A DNA stretch of 64,000 nt from Histomonas meleagridis 2922-C6/04-290x (GCA_020184695.1 JAANOX010000087.1:397850-461849), one strand, 5' to 3'. Shown: positions 39,870-52,883, counted from the stretch's first letter. The notes: a model not told the origin generated them from the letters alone. Numbers and translations: made by a program.

Positions 39870-41078
39870 ATGGAGGAAAACAAAAAAAAATTATCCACTA
39901 TTTATCTATTGATTTCCTTACTCGGGTCCACAAGTACAGGTCTAACATTAGCATTTTTTGGTCATGTTTCATACAAATTGTCAAAGCAATTTGAATTTTC
40001 AGATCAACTGGCAGCATTTTTCAATGCTCTTGCTCCATTATCAGCAATAGTTGGGGCTTTTATCATGCATTTTATACGAAAGCATGAAAAAATAGTTATT
40101 TTTTGTAATTCAATATTGAATTTTATCACATGGATAGTTTTACCATTTTGCACAAAAAGCACGACAGCAATTGTGTTTATTATTCGTGCCCTACAAGGTG
40201 TATGTGCAGGGATATATCATTCATTTGTTCCAAAATTATTAATGGAAAATAACATATCAAAATCCATTGAAGTTTGCTACATCTTTCACTCATTAGGTAT
40301 TGCATTTGGTATAGCCATATCCTTTTTAATAGGGTCCTTTAAATATGAATGGCAAATACTTTCATGCATTTCATCATTTGCATCAGGGCTATTAGCATTC
40401 AACATATGGGCTATTCCTGATCAAGAGAAAGACGAACTAAATATCAATGATAACATCCTCAAAACAAAATTTATTCGCGAAATTATTTTCTCTATAATTG
40501 CCATGTTTTTATTACATTTTACAGGAATATGGACAATTATGCCCAATCTCCAAAGTTATTTACAGGCATTTACAGATGTTAAATCAATTACAAGTTTTGG
40601 GCCAGATGTAATTGGATTTGTTCCTATTTTCTTATCTGTTCCTTTATATTTCTTCATCAAAAAACTCGGACCAAAGAATTCATTAATATCTGCATGCTTC
40701 GGTCAATGTATATGTTTATTAATTACATCTTTCCAAAAATTTTTCACTTGGTCATCAACTGTTTCATTAACATTTTTGACATTGGATTACGCAATGTATC
40801 TTTTCGTAATGGTTCCAATTACTTGGAAATATGTATTGGATTTATTCCCCGATTCCGTCAAAGAACAAGCCACTCTATTAAATAATACTTTCGGATGGAT
40901 CTTTATGTTCATCGCATTGATGATTTGGCCGCCAATAAATAATAATATGAAATGGGGACTATTCGTTTTCGCATGCGAATGTTTGGTCGCTGCTTTGTTG
41001 GGTATATTTGCCCCAACACCAGCTAAGAATGAAGTTGATGGTGAGTTGAAATCTCATCCACTATTACTTCAAGCATAA
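39870..41078 (+). CDS. Divergent MFS sugar-porter-like transporter
   Basis: About 12 hydrophobic segments; LHFTGI and PITW..V.DLFPD match family motifs. Start M at 39870 preferred over 39762. Confidence 0.75.
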   Translation: MEENKKKLSTIYLLISLLGSTSTGLTLAFFGHVSYKLSKQFEFSDQLAAFFNALAPLSAIVGAFIMHFIRKHEKIVIFCNSILNFITWIVLPFCTKSTTAIVFIIRALQGVCAGIYHSFVPKLLMENNISKSIEVCYIFHSLGIAFGIAISFLIGSFKYEWQILSCISSFASGLLAFNIWAIPDQEKDELNINDNILKTKFIREIIFSIIAMFLLHFTGIWTIMPNLQSYLQAFTDVKSITSFGPDVIGFVPIFLSVPLYFFIKKLGPKNSLISACFGQCICLLITSFQKFFTWSSTVSLTFLTLDYAMYLFVMVPITWKYVLDLFPDSVKEQATLLNNTFGWIFMFIALMIWPPINNNMKWGLFVFACECLVAALLGIFAPTPAKNEVDGELKSHPLLLQA

Positions 41079-41169
41079 AAATTTAAATATATTTAAATTC
41101 TAGTAATAAACTTAATTCGAAAAATATTATTTTAATTTTTTTGTTAGAAAAAAAAATAAATAATTTTTT

Positions 41170-42375
41170 TTACCAATCAGAGGAAGTTCCAGAACCTCCA
41201 GAAGATTCACTATCAGATTCTTCATCTGCTACTGCTTCTCTAATCTCAGCAATAGTTTGTAAAATTTCGGCCATTGATAATGAGTTAGGATCTGTTTCTT
41301 CAACTCTGATTTTCTTTGGTTTCTTGTTAGTTTCAGTTTTTCTTAGTTTAACTCCTTGACGAATAAGTGCAAGATGATCAGTTGGTGCACCAGGAGGACT
41401 CTGAAGTTTTGGAGAAGGATTCTTATTAGAAGATAGTAATGATATAGGTGGGGGAGGTGGTGGGGATGGTGGAGGTGGCAGAAATGATGGAAATGATGGA
41501 GGTGGAGTAGGTTCAGACATATTAAAATTCTCTTGAGATTGTTGCGTTTTCATTGTAGGCGATGTTGTGGTTTGTTTTAATCTTTCGAATGATGAAGCTA
41601 AAGGTGTCTTTGGTAAAGAGGGAGCAGTAACAGGTGAGATAAGAGGTTTACGAATTGGTGTTGAAGATATATTACCAGCAAATGTACGCCAATTCGAAGT
41701 ACTACCTGGTGGTGGTGGACAAATTAATGTTTCGAGTGGAGGATTAACTGTTTCAATATAAGCATTAAGAGCAAATGCACTAAGATCATTTATAGGAGCT
41801 TCTTTATCTTTTACACGGTTCTTTTTCATCTTCTTTTTAAGTTTTCTCTTGAAATTGGCAAGAAGTGCAAGCATTTCCTCTTTGTATTGCCGCTCGAATT
41901 GTGTTGGATCAGTGATTTCAAGGTCAAGATTTTTATAATCAGGAATGAGGGAAGAAAAAGCTTCAAGAGATGGTGGAGGTTCTGAGTCTTGTAACAAAGG
42001 TTTAATGAAACGTTCCGAACTTTGGAGAATAAATTCCTTTTGTTCAACTTTAGGAAGCTCATTTACACAATATTGATTTTGTATATATTCATGTGGTGAA
42101 AGATTATAATTTATTTCAAATATTTTTTTAGAATTTCTTTTTAGTTGCTTTAAATGAGAAGATATTTTTTCAATTCTATTAGTTAACTTATCAAAGTCTA
42201 CTTCAAGTTCTAAAAATAATTGATTAGATAAATTTTTAATTTCAAGCATTTGTTTATAAAGACCAATGGTATATAAATAACCAAGTTTCATAAAAACTTC
42301 TTCAATTGAGTTCGAATCCATTCTTTGAGGATCTATTGCTTCCTCAAAAGAAGGCAAAGAAATTGCAGGAAACAT
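41170..42375 (-). CDS. SCAR/WAVE family actin nucleation-promoting factor
   Basis: N-terminal WAVE-homology-like helix, basic stretch, polyproline, WH2 (HLALIRQGVKLRKT), central helix and acidic tail ending in W. Confidence 0.8.
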   Translation of the reverse strand: MFPAISLPSFEEAIDPQRMDSNSIEEVFMKLGYLYTIGLYKQMLEIKNLSNQLFLELEVDFDKLTNRIEKISSHLKQLKRNSKKIFEINYNLSPHEYIQNQYCVNELPKVEQKEFILQSSERFIKPLLQDSEPPPSLEAFSSLIPDYKNLDLEITDPTQFERQYKEEMLALLANFKRKLKKKMKKNRVKDKEAPINDLSAFALNAYIETVNPPLETLICPPPPGSTSNWRTFAGNISSTPIRKPLISPVTAPSLPKTPLASSFERLKQTTTSPTMKTQQSQENFNMSEPTPPPSFPSFLPPPPSPPPPPPISLLSSNKNPSPKLQSPPGAPTDHLALIRQGVKLRKTETNKKPKKIRVEETDPNSLSMAEILQTIAEIREAVADEESDSESSGGSGTSSDW

Positions 42376-42678
42376 ATAAAATGTTACATCGTAAAAAAGG
42401 AACCTTTAAGTTTTAAGAACCTTTTTGGCAAATTAAAATTTTAAGATGCTAACCATAAAATGTTCGTTATACTTAAAAGCTTAAGCAGGCTATGATTTGT
42501 CTTAATTATTATATATTCATTAAAAGATATATCCATATAAAAAAGTTTTTTAAAACGAGAAAAACATGTTCAAGACGATCATAAAATAAACGTCCTAATC
42601 ATAAAAATTCAATGCAATAAATAGCCGGACACTTAATTGAATTGGTAAATGCCCAACCAAAAATAGCGATTTTTGATA

Positions 42679-42683
42679 TCATT
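42679..42683 (+). promoter_or_regulatory. Inr-like element (TCATT) upstream of Hsp70
   Basis: Matches the trichomonad TCA(Y)W initiator consensus 8 nt before the ATG. The motif is short, so a chance match is possible. Confidence 0.45.
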
Positions 42684-42691
42684 TTTTTATT

Positions 42692-44683
42692 ATGTCTGCT
42701 ATAGGCATTGATCTTGGTACAACTTACAGTTGTGTCGGTGTATTTAGACACGGTCGTGTTGATATTATTGCAAATGATATGGGTAATCGTACAACCCCAT
42801 CTTATGTTGCATTCACTGAAGATGAACGTCTTGTCGGTGATGCTGCTAAGAACCAAGCTGCCATGAACCCAACAAACACAGTTTTCGATGCAAAGCGTAT
42901 GATTGGCCGTAAATTCAGTGATCCAGTTGTTCAAAAAGATATGCAACATTGGCCATTCAAGGTTGTTCGTGGTGATGCAGATCGTCCAAGAATTCAAGTT
43001 CAATGGAAGGGTGAAACCAAACAATTCTACCCAGAAGAAATCTCAGCTATGGTTTTAGGTAAAATGAAGGAAATCGCAGAAAGCCAACTTTCCAACAAAG
43101 TTACTGATGCTGTTGTTACAGTTCCAGCCTATTTCAATGATGGTCAACGTCAAGCCACAAAAGATGCAGGTGTTATTGCCGGTCTCAATGTTCTTCGTAT
43201 CATCAACGAACCAACAGCCGCTGCTATTGCCTTCGGTCTTAACGAAAAATCTGATAACGAACGTCATGTTCTTATCTTTGATCTTGGTGGTGGTACTTTT
43301 GATGTTTCCTTACTTGATATCGATGGCGGTATGTTCGAAGTACGTGCCACAGCAGGTGATACACATCTTGGTGGTGAAGATTTTGATAACCGTATGGTTA
43401 ATTACTTTGCAGATCGTTTCCAAAAGAAGTTCAAATGCGACTTAAGGCAATCACCACGTGCACTCCGTACATTAAGAACAGCATGCGAACGTGCTAAGAG
43501 AACATTATCCACAGCTACATCTGCATCAATTGTTTGTGATTCATTATATGAAGGCCATGATTTCATGGATAACATCTCACGTGCTATGTTCGAGAACTTA
43601 AATGATGAACTTTTCAGATCAACAATGAATCCAGTCGCACAAGTTTTAAGAGATGCAAACATGTCAAAGTCCGATGTCACTGATATTGTTCTTGTTGGTG
43701 GTTCATCACGTATTCCACGTGTTCAACAATTATTACAAGATTTCTTCAACGGTAAGCAACCATGTCGTGGTGTTGATCCGGATGAAGCAGTTGCATATGG
43801 CGCAGCAGTTCAAGCAGCAATTATCAAAGGCGATACACATGAAGAAATCAAAGATATCTTATTGTTAGATGTTGCTCCACTTTCATTAGGTATCGAAACA
43901 GCAGGTGAAATTATGACTGTTTTAATTCCACGTAACACAACAATCCCATGCAAGAAGTCAAACGTCTTCACAACATTCTCCGATAACCAACCAGCTGTTA
44001 CAATCAAAGTTTACGAAGGAGAACGTTCAAGAACACGCGATAACAACTTACTTGGTACATTTGATTTAACAGGTATTCCGCCAGCACCACGCGGCGTACC
44101 ACAGATTGAAGTTACATTCGATGTTAACGCCGATGGTATTATGAACGTTTCAGCACAAGATAAGTCGACAGGTAATGTCAAGAAGATCACAATCAAGAAT
44201 GAGAAAGGACGTCTTTCACAAGCAGATATCGATAGAATGGTTGCAGATGCAGAGAAGTACAAGGCACAAGATGAAGAAGTGCGTAAGAAGGTTGAGGCTA
44301 AGAACGCACTCGAAGGATACTGCTTCGGCGTACGCAACTCATTAAATCAAGAACAGTTCGCTAACGCATTGTCACAATCAGATAAGGACACAATCAACAA
44401 GGAAATCAATGACACACTCGCATGGATCGACGCTAACCAAGACGCAGACGTCGCTACATTCGAAGCTAAGCAGAAGGAACTCGAAGGCAAGTTAATGCCA
44501 CTCATGCAAGCTGCATACCAAAACGCTGCTGGCGGCGCACAAGGCGGAATGCCAGGCGCTGGCGGCATGCCAGGAGGCATCGACCCATCAATGTTCGCTA
44601 ACATGCAAGGAGGCGCTGGCCCATCACCTGGCGCTTCAACTGGTGGACACTCATCAGGACCACGTGTCGAAGAAGTCGATTAA
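42692..44683 (+). CDS. HSP70: Cytosolic Hsp70
   Basis: [44 protein letters not shown] repeats and a C-terminal EEVD. Confidence 0.98.
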   Translation: MSAIGIDLGTTYSCVGVFRHGRVDIIANDMGNRTTPSYVAFTEDERLVGDAAKNQAAMNPTNTVFDAKRMIGRKFSDPVVQKDMQHWPFKVVRGDADRPRIQVQWKGETKQFYPEEISAMVLGKMKEIAESQLSNKVTDAVVTVPAYFNDGQRQATKDAGVIAGLNVLRIINEPTAAAIAFGLNEKSDNERHVLIFDLGGGTFDVSLLDIDGGMFEVRATAGDTHLGGEDFDNRMVNYFADRFQKKFKCDLRQSPRALRTLRTACERAKRTLSTATSASIVCDSLYEGHDFMDNISRAMFENLNDELFRSTMNPVAQVLRDANMSKSDVTDIVLVGGSSRIPRVQQLLQDFFNGKQPCRGVDPDEAVAYGAAVQAAIIKGDTHEEIKDILLLDVAPLSLGIETAGEIMTVLIPRNTTIPCKKSNVFTTFSDNQPAVTIKVYEGERSRTRDNNLLGTFDLTGIPPAPRGVPQIEVTFDVNADGIMNVSAQDKSTGNVKKITIKNEKGRLSQADIDRMVADAEKYKAQDEEVRKKVEAKNALEGYCFGVRNSLNQEQFANALSQSDKDTINKEINDTLAWIDANQDADVATFEAKQKELEGKLMPLMQAAYQNAAGGAQGGMPGAGGMPGGIDPSMFANMQGGAGPSPGASTGGHSSGPRVEEVD

Positions 44684-45114
44684 ATGAATAAAATGTGAAA
44701 CTTAAATAATGTAAATTTTAAATGAATGTAATCAGTCAGGCTCAGCAGTGAGAATGCAAATATTTCAAGAAAATTAAATGAATGTTTATAATTATGAATT
44801 TATATTTTGGCTAGAAACTAATTAAAAAGAATATTAAAACATTTCAACTAAAATTGCCTTAAGGAGCCACAAACGACCAGCAGCTTTATATCTTTTAACT
44901 TAGCAGTAAAAAACATTCCGAAATTGTTAAATTAATAATTGACAGAATTAATTTTCTTTGAAGTAAATATTTACTTAATATTACGAATTTTTTTTTGTTT
45001 ATTTTATAATAAAAAATTATCGAAATCCTTATTTTAATTAATTTTGAAGCAAAACTTAAAATATTATTTGTTAACTTTTATTATGTTGTAATTTTCCCAA
45101 AATACTACAAATGG

Positions 45115-46914
45115 TTACTTTGACTGTGCTATAAACTCTGTTAGAAAATCGTCCACAAAGAGTTCCTCGCATTGATAATTTTGGTTGTAGCTCAATATAT
45201 CATCTTCGTGCAGTATTACATAATCGCGAACATTTGTTACACTTGATATTAAATCCGATCTTAAAACAGATATTTCCTTTTGTGGCACATTCTTACAAAG
45301 TGCATCATAAAACTCAACAACAAGTGAACTATTTCTTTCGACGATGTTATTTGTCATTTGTGTTAATTTACTATCAGTTTTTCTTGAAAGAATTTGTGCA
45401 ACATAAGCAACAAGTTTTGTAAAATTAACAACATAAGTATAACTTTTTGGATTTAAAGGTAATCCTAATGATTGAGGATCACAAATAGAAGGAATTACAA
45501 AACGTAAAATGAAAACAGCAAATATTGCGCGATGAGTTAACCTTTTGTCTCTAAACCTCCTTTCTGAAAGAAGACGAAGAAATCGACAAAATATTCGAAT
45601 TGCAGGTGGAATATTATCAATTTCTCTGATTAAAATTCCAAAGAATTTCTTTACAAGATCATCAACAATTTCTTCGTCCTTTTCAGATGGTTCATTAGTA
45701 TTCCATTTCTCTGCTGATGATAAGACTGAATATATTTCTTTCATTGTTGTTTTCTTGTAATTATCGGATAATTTATTCATAAATATTGTAATGGAACGGA
45801 AAAAGTTATTATTTCTTCGGAACATTTCATTTAAATCAATTGTTCGAACTAATTCGCAATAAGCAATTACTTTCAAAAGTTGAAGTTCTTTTTGTTCAGA
45901 AGCAAATATATTAAATAATGAATTAAAAATATTATCAAATGAACTTTGATCATTTGATAAAACATTATATAATGAAAAAATAAATGATGTATCAAAAGAT
46001 GTCATTACTTTTGCTAAACTTGTGGCTTCTCCACCATTTAATTGTATGTCTTTAAATGCTTTCGAACTTGAAACAACAGAACGAATTGAAGAAAATTGTG
46101 GATTCGCTTTTGGCCATAAAGCATTACACCATTCTGACTCATCAATATTAGTACTATCAATTGAAAATTCACATAATTTTTCTGTGTCATTACTTCTTAA
46201 TATTAATTTGTTGGAATCAAAACTACAACTTAAATCATAAGTAAACTTCGGCCATGAAAGTAAATTAGATGACATAATAGTAATGTCATCAGATGAATTG
46301 ATTATGATACTTAACCCTTTTGAACTATTAACAGTGACTTTTCCTTTAACCAATTCGATTGGAGCTGATAAGCGAGTGTCAGTTATTTGCTTAAATGAAT
46401 CAGGAACAAAAAAGGAATAAACTTTTTGAACAAATTGAGAACGTAATTCATCAGTTGAATAGAAACGATTATCCGAAATAAGTGTATGAAAATGAATTAA
46501 TGTTATTGATATAATATATTTTTGCCATTGACTTAATTCATTAATAGCAATATGACTAGCACCTGTAGCACAAGTTAATATTTGTTCTTTAGTGAAAACA
46601 TTCTTTAATACATCTTTAACAAACTGAACACGTTCAATTGGAGATGATGGAACATTCCCTGGAATGATTATTACTTCATGATGTGTTAAATATAAATCTG
46701 GAATTTCATTGTGATCATTTTCGATTGATTTAAGGAGTTGAAAATAGTCAAATTTTTGAGGAAACATATTTTGAATATATTTGCAAAAAGACGAATCATC
46801 TAAATTAGAAGGCTTTTGAAACGGAGTTAGAGCACTTGGCAAGTTGTTGTCAGGGGATTGAACAACAAAGGAACCATTTAAGATAAAAGGAACGAAATTA
46901 AGCTTCGTTGTCAT
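45115..46914 (-). CDS. RasGAP-domain protein
   Basis: MFRRN (arginine-finger region), PPAIRIFC and FILRFVIPSICDP. Confidence 0.85.
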   Translation of the reverse strand: MTTKLNFVPFILNGSFVVQSPDNNLPSALTPFQKPSNLDDSSFCKYIQNMFPQKFDYFQLLKSIENDHNEIPDLYLTHHEVIIIPGNVPSSPIERVQFVKDVLKNVFTKEQILTCATGASHIAINELSQWQKYIISITLIHFHTLISDNRFYSTDELRSQFVQKVYSFFVPDSFKQITDTRLSAPIELVKGKVTVNSSKGLSIIINSSDDITIMSSNLLSWPKFTYDLSCSFDSNKLILRSNDTEKLCEFSIDSTNIDESEWCNALWPKANPQFSSIRSVVSSSKAFKDIQLNGGEATSLAKVMTSFDTSFIFSLYNVLSNDQSSFDNIFNSLFNIFASEQKELQLLKVIAYCELVRTIDLNEMFRRNNNFFRSITIFMNKLSDNYKKTTMKEIYSVLSSAEKWNTNEPSEKDEEIVDDLVKKFFGILIREIDNIPPAIRIFCRFLRLLSERRFRDKRLTHRAIFAVFILRFVIPSICDPQSLGLPLNPKSYTYVVNFTKLVAYVAQILSRKTDSKLTQMTNNIVERNSSLVVEFYDALCKNVPQKEISVLRSDLISSVTNVRDYVILHEDDILSYNQNYQCEELFVDDFLTEFIAQSK

Positions 46915-48142
46915 TTTGAGTTTCGTTTTATATAGTTTACAAAACGAACAACAAATTTGGCGCCAAAAGGTTCATTGACGATTAATATCAATTGAAACAA
47001 ACTTTTTCAAAGGGATCTATTTGAATTTTAAAAACGTGCAAAAACACAACCTCCAACCATAAAATTTTTTTACCAAAGAAAATAGTTTCACTAAGTTTTT
47101 CTTCAACAGCTAAATAACATTATAAAACTTGATTACAAAAATGTTATAATTGATCTTTATTGTGGTTTTCTCATCTTAGATTATAATGATTTTTTTTTAA
47201 GATAATAGAAAGTTTTTTGTGTAATAAGTAATGACATTTAATCGACATAAATATTCTTTAACCAAGCAACTTATTTATTTTAAGATTATTATCAATTAAA
47301 CCATTTCTTTATGCTTTGTTTGAGTAAAATTAAAATCATTTTGTGATATTTCTTGAAGTGAATCAATTTTCTTCATTATATTTAAACAGGGTCTAACCAA
47401 TTTATTCTTCACTTTTCATTTCAAAAAGTGGAAATAAAAACAGAAACATCTTAATAAATAATTGATAAACCCCATAGAATTTATAAATATTATGCTACAA
47501 AACATGAATAGATAATTTTTATATATTAAATTTTTTATGAAATAAATTAGTTTTTATTGAATCAAAAAATAAAGTTTTTTTGAAGTATGAGTCGAAAAAG
47601 TGCAGGTATAATATTAAATATAAATAAAAATAATCTTTTTATATTTAAATATTTACTTTAATTGTGTGTTAATTGGATAATTCAAAAGATATTTTAATTT
47701 TGTTAGCTAATCAAATTCAATGTTTTATTTTGTCAGTTTTGGCATAACAGCTCGAGCTCGTCATACAAACCTCCAGTTATCCGATAGAATAAACTTGTCA
47801 AAAAGTAAAATCGCCAATGTTAGGGCACCCCAAAAATCACTCAAACGATCAAAAATCATTCAATAAAACAAATAAAAACAACTTTGTCTTTTTATCTAGC
47901 CAATGAACCTTATTTTTATTTGCAAATAGCAAACGTAGATTACCTGAATCATATATATATATTTGATTATATGAAGTTTTGTAGTCAAAAGTCTCAAAAT
48001 TATATTTATATACATATGAAGAATAAAACTATTTCCAACTTTATTTTTTATTAGACTTGAACAACATTAAGGGATATAACGTTATTTACATCAACTTGTT
48101 TAAAGAGAACATAACATACCTTGAGCCAAATTCCAATAAAAC

Positions 48143-49448
48143 ACAATTGAAGGACTATTATTTTCTTATTGCCAATCATTAACATCAATAACTATTGGTA
48201 ATGGTGTTAAGGAAATAAGGAATTCAACATTTGTATATTGTTCTAAAATTGTCACAGTTATTATTCCTTCTTCAGTTACTTCAATTGGAAATGGTGTCTT
48301 TTCTATAGGTGACTATGCTTTTTCTTCTTGTTCTTCAATAATTAGTATAATAATCCCTAATTCAGTCAAAATAATTGGAAGTTATTCTTTTTATTATTGT
48401 TCTTCTTTGACTGAAATTATTTTATCAGAATCACTTGAATTGATTGGAAGTAATGCGTTTTCTTCATGTTCAAAATTAAGAAATATTACAATTCCAAGTT
48501 CAGTTGTCTCAATAGGAAATAATTTATTTTCTTATTGTACCGCATTAAGATTTATTAAAGTTTCTAATGAAAATACAAAATATTCTAATTATAATGATGA
48601 TGATGTTCTTTATGGAAATAATTATAATGAAATTTTATATCATCCACCTGCATTAGATACTAATAGCTATGAATTACCTAATACAGTTAAAAGAATTGCA
48701 ACATATGCATTTTATAGATGTACAAATTTAACACAAATAACTCTTTCTGAAAACCTTCAAATAATTGAAAATTATTGCATATTGTTCTTTTTTAACTAAC
48801 ATTACTTTTCCAGAACCAATTACATCAATTCTTGATCATGCATTTTCATATTGTTCAAATTTGGAAATTGTTGAATTTTTTGGAAATAACCTCAAAAATT
48901 TGGGAACAAGAACTTTTAATTATTGTTCTAAATTAAGAGAATGCACACTTCCAAATTCTGTTACTTCAATCAAAAATGGTTTATTTTACTCAAATAAGTT
49001 ACTAGAATATGCTTTTATAGGAAATAAGGTAAAAGAATTCGAAAATAGTGCATTTTATTATTGTACCAATTTATCTACATTAATAATTGGTGAAAATATA
49101 TATATGATTAATCAAAATGCATTTTATGGATGCGCTAATCTTACATGTATTCATTTTTATGGAAAATTTGAACCTTTAATTGCGGATGATTCATTTTACA
49201 ATGTTAATACAACAGTAATTGTACATAATTCTTCTTACTTCAAAAAATATTTTGGCCCTTTAAAGGTAGTAAATAAAACTTTAGAGGAATGTTATGAACC
49301 TTCGGACAATTTATTTGCAGAAATAATAGAGGAAATTCATTATGAAAAAGGATATCTTTATGGAATACCACTTGCAGTATTAATCGCTGTAATAATTATT
49401 GAATTTATCGCATTTGTTTTAATAAGAAATAAAAAATTGGATACATAA
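48143..49448 (+). pseudogene. BspA-like (TpLRR) surface protein, 5'-truncated and frameshifted
   Basis: Repeats of LxxIxIPxSVxxIGxxAFxxC. No start codon, a stop before 48143, a collapsed repeat (GNGVF|SIGDYAF) and a frameshift near 48775; the C-terminal TM is intact. Confidence 0.8.
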
Positions 49449-49664
49449 CATATTTAGCAACCACAGGAATATTTGGTCTTATTTTAGATAAGTTAAATGC
49501 AAAATAGACCATAGTCAATTTTAAGTCACATTTTAAGTCGTTGTAATAAATAAACAGCCTCTTTTAATTTTTGAATAAGTTTGCTTTGACCCAACACTCA
49601 ATATTGAATAACATATTCAATTTTGTGACCGTAAAAATTTTTTTGCGTTTAAAGCTCTCAAATA

Positions 49665-52538
49665 ATGCTGCTGTTCTTGCTTGCGTGTATTAGGGAGAAA
49701 ATTACTTTTAGCACCTACTTTGGCGATAAAATCAAAATTCAAAGACAAGACAAGCAAATAAAATCAACTACAAATGGATGGTATTATATCTGGTTTTTAA
49801 ACAAGAATAACATTGAATTAAAAAGAATGTTGGGAATTACTTCATTGAACAAGGTAAATGGTGAAGTATACAAACATTATTTTACTTCGAATGATTTTCA
49901 ATATTTAGATGATCAAGTTATGATTGCAAAATTTATTGAACCCTACGAAAAGATAAAAGGAATTTCAAACAATCTTACAGTTGTAACATCAGAAAATGCA
50001 GTTCTTGTGAGCAATTCTTTATATGATGCAGAAAAAGTTTCAAATACTCAATATATTGTTAACACTGAAAACCCAGAAGAAACTGTGCGTGAACTCTCTG
50101 AAATTCCTGAAGTTTGTTTTATTATACCTCAAGCTGAAGAAGCTCCAAATAATTATGCAATTACTGGATATATTCAAAAACGATACCAAGATCCTATTTT
50201 TGATGAAACAATAAATCATGCCATTGTTTCACCCTATTTTAAGCAATTTGGATTAACTGGAGCAGGTCAAATAATTTCTATTTTAGACTCTCCAATTGAT
50301 TGGCTTCATACCTCTTTTTATGACACTTCCATTGAATTCAACAAAAAAATCACAAACCATAGGAAGTTTGTTTATTATAACATCCAACATAAACTTGGTA
50401 AAGGATGGTCAAATGACACAACAAACTTTCGTAACAAAAAGTTAATGAGTAGCTCACATGGTACACATGTTGCAGGAACAGCTGCAGGAAAAGCATATGA
50501 TTCAAAATCTGTTATAGCTGCATTTGATGGTGTTGCTCCAAATGCTAAATTTGCTTATATTGGCCATTACCTTGCATCAGAACATATTCGAGGAAAAAAA
50601 TTACGTCCAGACATAATGTATGAACTTGGTTCACATATTTTTACTAACAGCTGGGAATGGACAGGACCAAATCCATCAGGTGAAAGAGAATATAACATTG
50701 CTGCAGAAAATTATTCAACTATTTTATTTATATTTGCAGCATCTAATAATTATGGAGCAGCATATACATGTACACAACCAAGCGTCTGTAGTAATATTTT
50801 ATCAGTTGGTGCACAACCAGATATTAAAAGTGAAAGTGATCGATCATTTATTATTAGAACCAAAAATGGTAAAGAATTTACAGGTCAATTAATTACAGGT
50901 TCTTCTTATTCTTTTGCATATTCATCAAGTCAACAATTGTTCCTTAGTAAAACAACAAGTTATACTCAATTTCTTGCTATTGATGGAACACTTAGTGTAG
51001 ATCAAATTAAAACAGCATCAACCCAAACATGTAGTTTAATAATTTGTTATGGATCTAATTTAACCTCAGTTCGTTCTAAATTTAGTCAAGCAGGTATAAC
51101 AAAATATTCCATTTATTGTTCTGATGCAAGTCTTGGTAATTTTATAGGACAAAATATCATAGTAACAAAGATTGTTAAAAAATTGTCAATTAGAAGAACA
51201 GTTACAGTCGATTCATATTCTTCAAAAGGGCCATCAAAAAGAGGTGTAATGAAACCAGATGTTTGTGCTCCAGGTTCATTAGTATTTAGTGCTAATTCTC
51301 AAGCAAAAGCAGTTAATAATCATGGAGGCAGAACAGTACCATCGGAAACATATAATATAGTTAGGAAACAAGGTACATCAATGGCTTGTCCAACAGTTGC
51401 AGGTGCAGCAGCACTTTTGTCACAATATTTTGCTGATGGAAAATATTTAAATACCAAAATTGATCCTGATGGAACACTTTTACGTGCTTGTATAATTGCA
51501 TCAGCAGTTAATAATTTCTCAGTTCGTACACCAAATCGTATTGTAGGACATGGTTCAGTGGATTTATCAACAGTTATTCCTTTACCAGAAGACATTGGAT
51601 TTGGTTTACGTGTTAGCAAATTACTTAATATTACAGGTAAAAAGCATTACACATCTAAAATTAACGTTTTAGATAGAAGATTCTCATTAAGAGTTGTTAT
51701 ATCATATTTGGATACAAGTCTTTCAGTGGATTCATTAATTCCAATATATTATGACATTGATTTAGTTGTTGTCTCACCATCAGGACAAATTTTTTATGGA
51801 AATCATCATGATAATAATATAGAAGAACATTTTTCAACTAATGAAAGAGTTACAATATGGAAAAATGAAATTGAAGAAGGAGAATATACAATTCATTTGT
51901 TTAGTAATGAAGTTTGCGAAAATGTCAAATGTTCTGTTGTTGCTATTGGTCCATTTGATCAAAAATCAACATCAATTAACTCAAAATTCTTAGAATTCGA
52001 AGAAACTAATTCATGCATTACTGATAAATCAGGCGTTTGTGTTAATGGAACAATGGAATGTGATGGTGAACATAATGGAAACTTATGTCAAAATCAAATT
52101 CAAAAAATTCAAAAAGGTGAAAATACATTTTTAATTGATGCACATACTGTTATGTATTTCTATACCAATCCAATAAATTCAAATTCTTTAAATTTATCAA
52201 TTAAAATGAGTATAGAAGAAAATTCTGAACACCAGACAACAGTTTGGATATCAGAAAAAAATAGTAATACATTTGCAGAATTCGATTCAGTTCTTGCATT
52301 TAAGCAATCAGAAATAAAAAGTGATGAAATTGGTTCAAACGAAAACTTAACATATTATATGATTTTTAATAATAATGAAAATGCTGTAAACTTTACTTTT
52401 ATTAGTGACTTTGAGTCAAATAATGTTTTAGTTGCGTCAAGTAAAGAAGAAATATCAGAAGGTGGTAAAATAGGAATTAGTGTAGCTGTCGTTATTGCAG
52501 TCCCAACTATTATCTTTTTAATCGCACTTTTTGTATGA
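49665..52538 (+). CDS. Subtilisin-like S8 serine protease, secreted/membrane-anchored
   Basis: Asp (ILDS), His (HGTHVAGTAAG), oxyanion Asn (FAASN) and Ser (GTSMACP); signal-like N-terminus, Cys-rich EGF-like stretch, hydrophobic C-terminus. Confidence 0.9.
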   Translation: MLLFLLACIREKITFSTYFGDKIKIQRQDKQIKSTTNGWYYIWFLNKNNIELKRMLGITSLNKVNGEVYKHYFTSNDFQYLDDQVMIAKFIEPYEKIKGISNNLTVVTSENAVLVSNSLYDAEKVSNTQYIVNTENPEETVRELSEIPEVCFIIPQAEEAPNNYAITGYIQKRYQDPIFDETINHAIVSPYFKQFGLTGAGQIISILDSPIDWLHTSFYDTSIEFNKKITNHRKFVYYNIQHKLGKGWSNDTTNFRNKKLMSSSHGTHVAGTAAGKAYDSKSVIAAFDGVAPNAKFAYIGHYLASEHIRGKKLRPDIMYELGSHIFTNSWEWTGPNPSGEREYNIAAENYSTILFIFAASNNYGAAYTCTQPSVCSNILSVGAQPDIKSESDRSFIIRTKNGKEFTGQLITGSSYSFAYSSSQQLFLSKTTSYTQFLAIDGTLSVDQIKTASTQTCSLIICYGSNLTSVRSKFSQAGITKYSIYCSDASLGNFIGQNIIVTKIVKKLSIRRTVTVDSYSSKGPSKRGVMKPDVCAPGSLVFSANSQAKAVNNHGGRTVPSETYNIVRKQGTSMACPTVAGAAALLSQYFADGKYLNTKIDPDGTLLRACIIASAVNNFSVRTPNRIVGHGSVDLSTVIPLPEDIGFGLRVSKLLNITGKKHYTSKINVLDRRFSLRVVISYLDTSLSVDSLIPIYYDIDLVVVSPSGQIFYGNHHDNNIEEHFSTNERVTIWKNEIEEGEYTIHLFSNEVCENVKCSVVAIGPFDQKSTSINSKFLEFEETNSCITDKSGVCVNGTMECDGEHNGNLCQNQIQKIQKGENTFLIDAHTVMYFYTNPINSNSLNLSIKMSIEENSEHQTTVWISEKNSNTFAEFDSVLAFKQSEIKSDEIGSNENLTYYMIFNNNENAVNFTFISDFESNNVLVASSKEEISEGGKIGISVAVVIAVPTIIFLIALFV

Positions 52539-52883
52539 GTTTTCAGGCATAAATAAATCACGCGTTTTAAATTTTAAAAATTGTTAAATATTTTCTATAC
52601 AATACACAACTAAATATTTTTTTTTTAAATAATAAAATTTGCTTTTCAAAGTAGTTTTAAGTTACTTTTAGCAAAATCATATAGAAATTTATTATCATTA
52701 ATAAGTAGCAATTACTTACTTTCATGTAAACCTAATTTATTAAATAATGATGCACCAACAATTTATTTAATCTAAAATTAATATATTTTCATATTTTTTC
52801 TGCAGAAAAACATTCGCAAAACAGACGTCTGTTTTATGAATTTCAAACATTTAAACGCCTAAAATAATTAATTGGATTAATTT

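Noticed and set aside
47745-47860. GC-richer island with the palindrome AGCTCGAGCT
   Set aside because: No partner repeat, ORF or RNA fold was found in the window.
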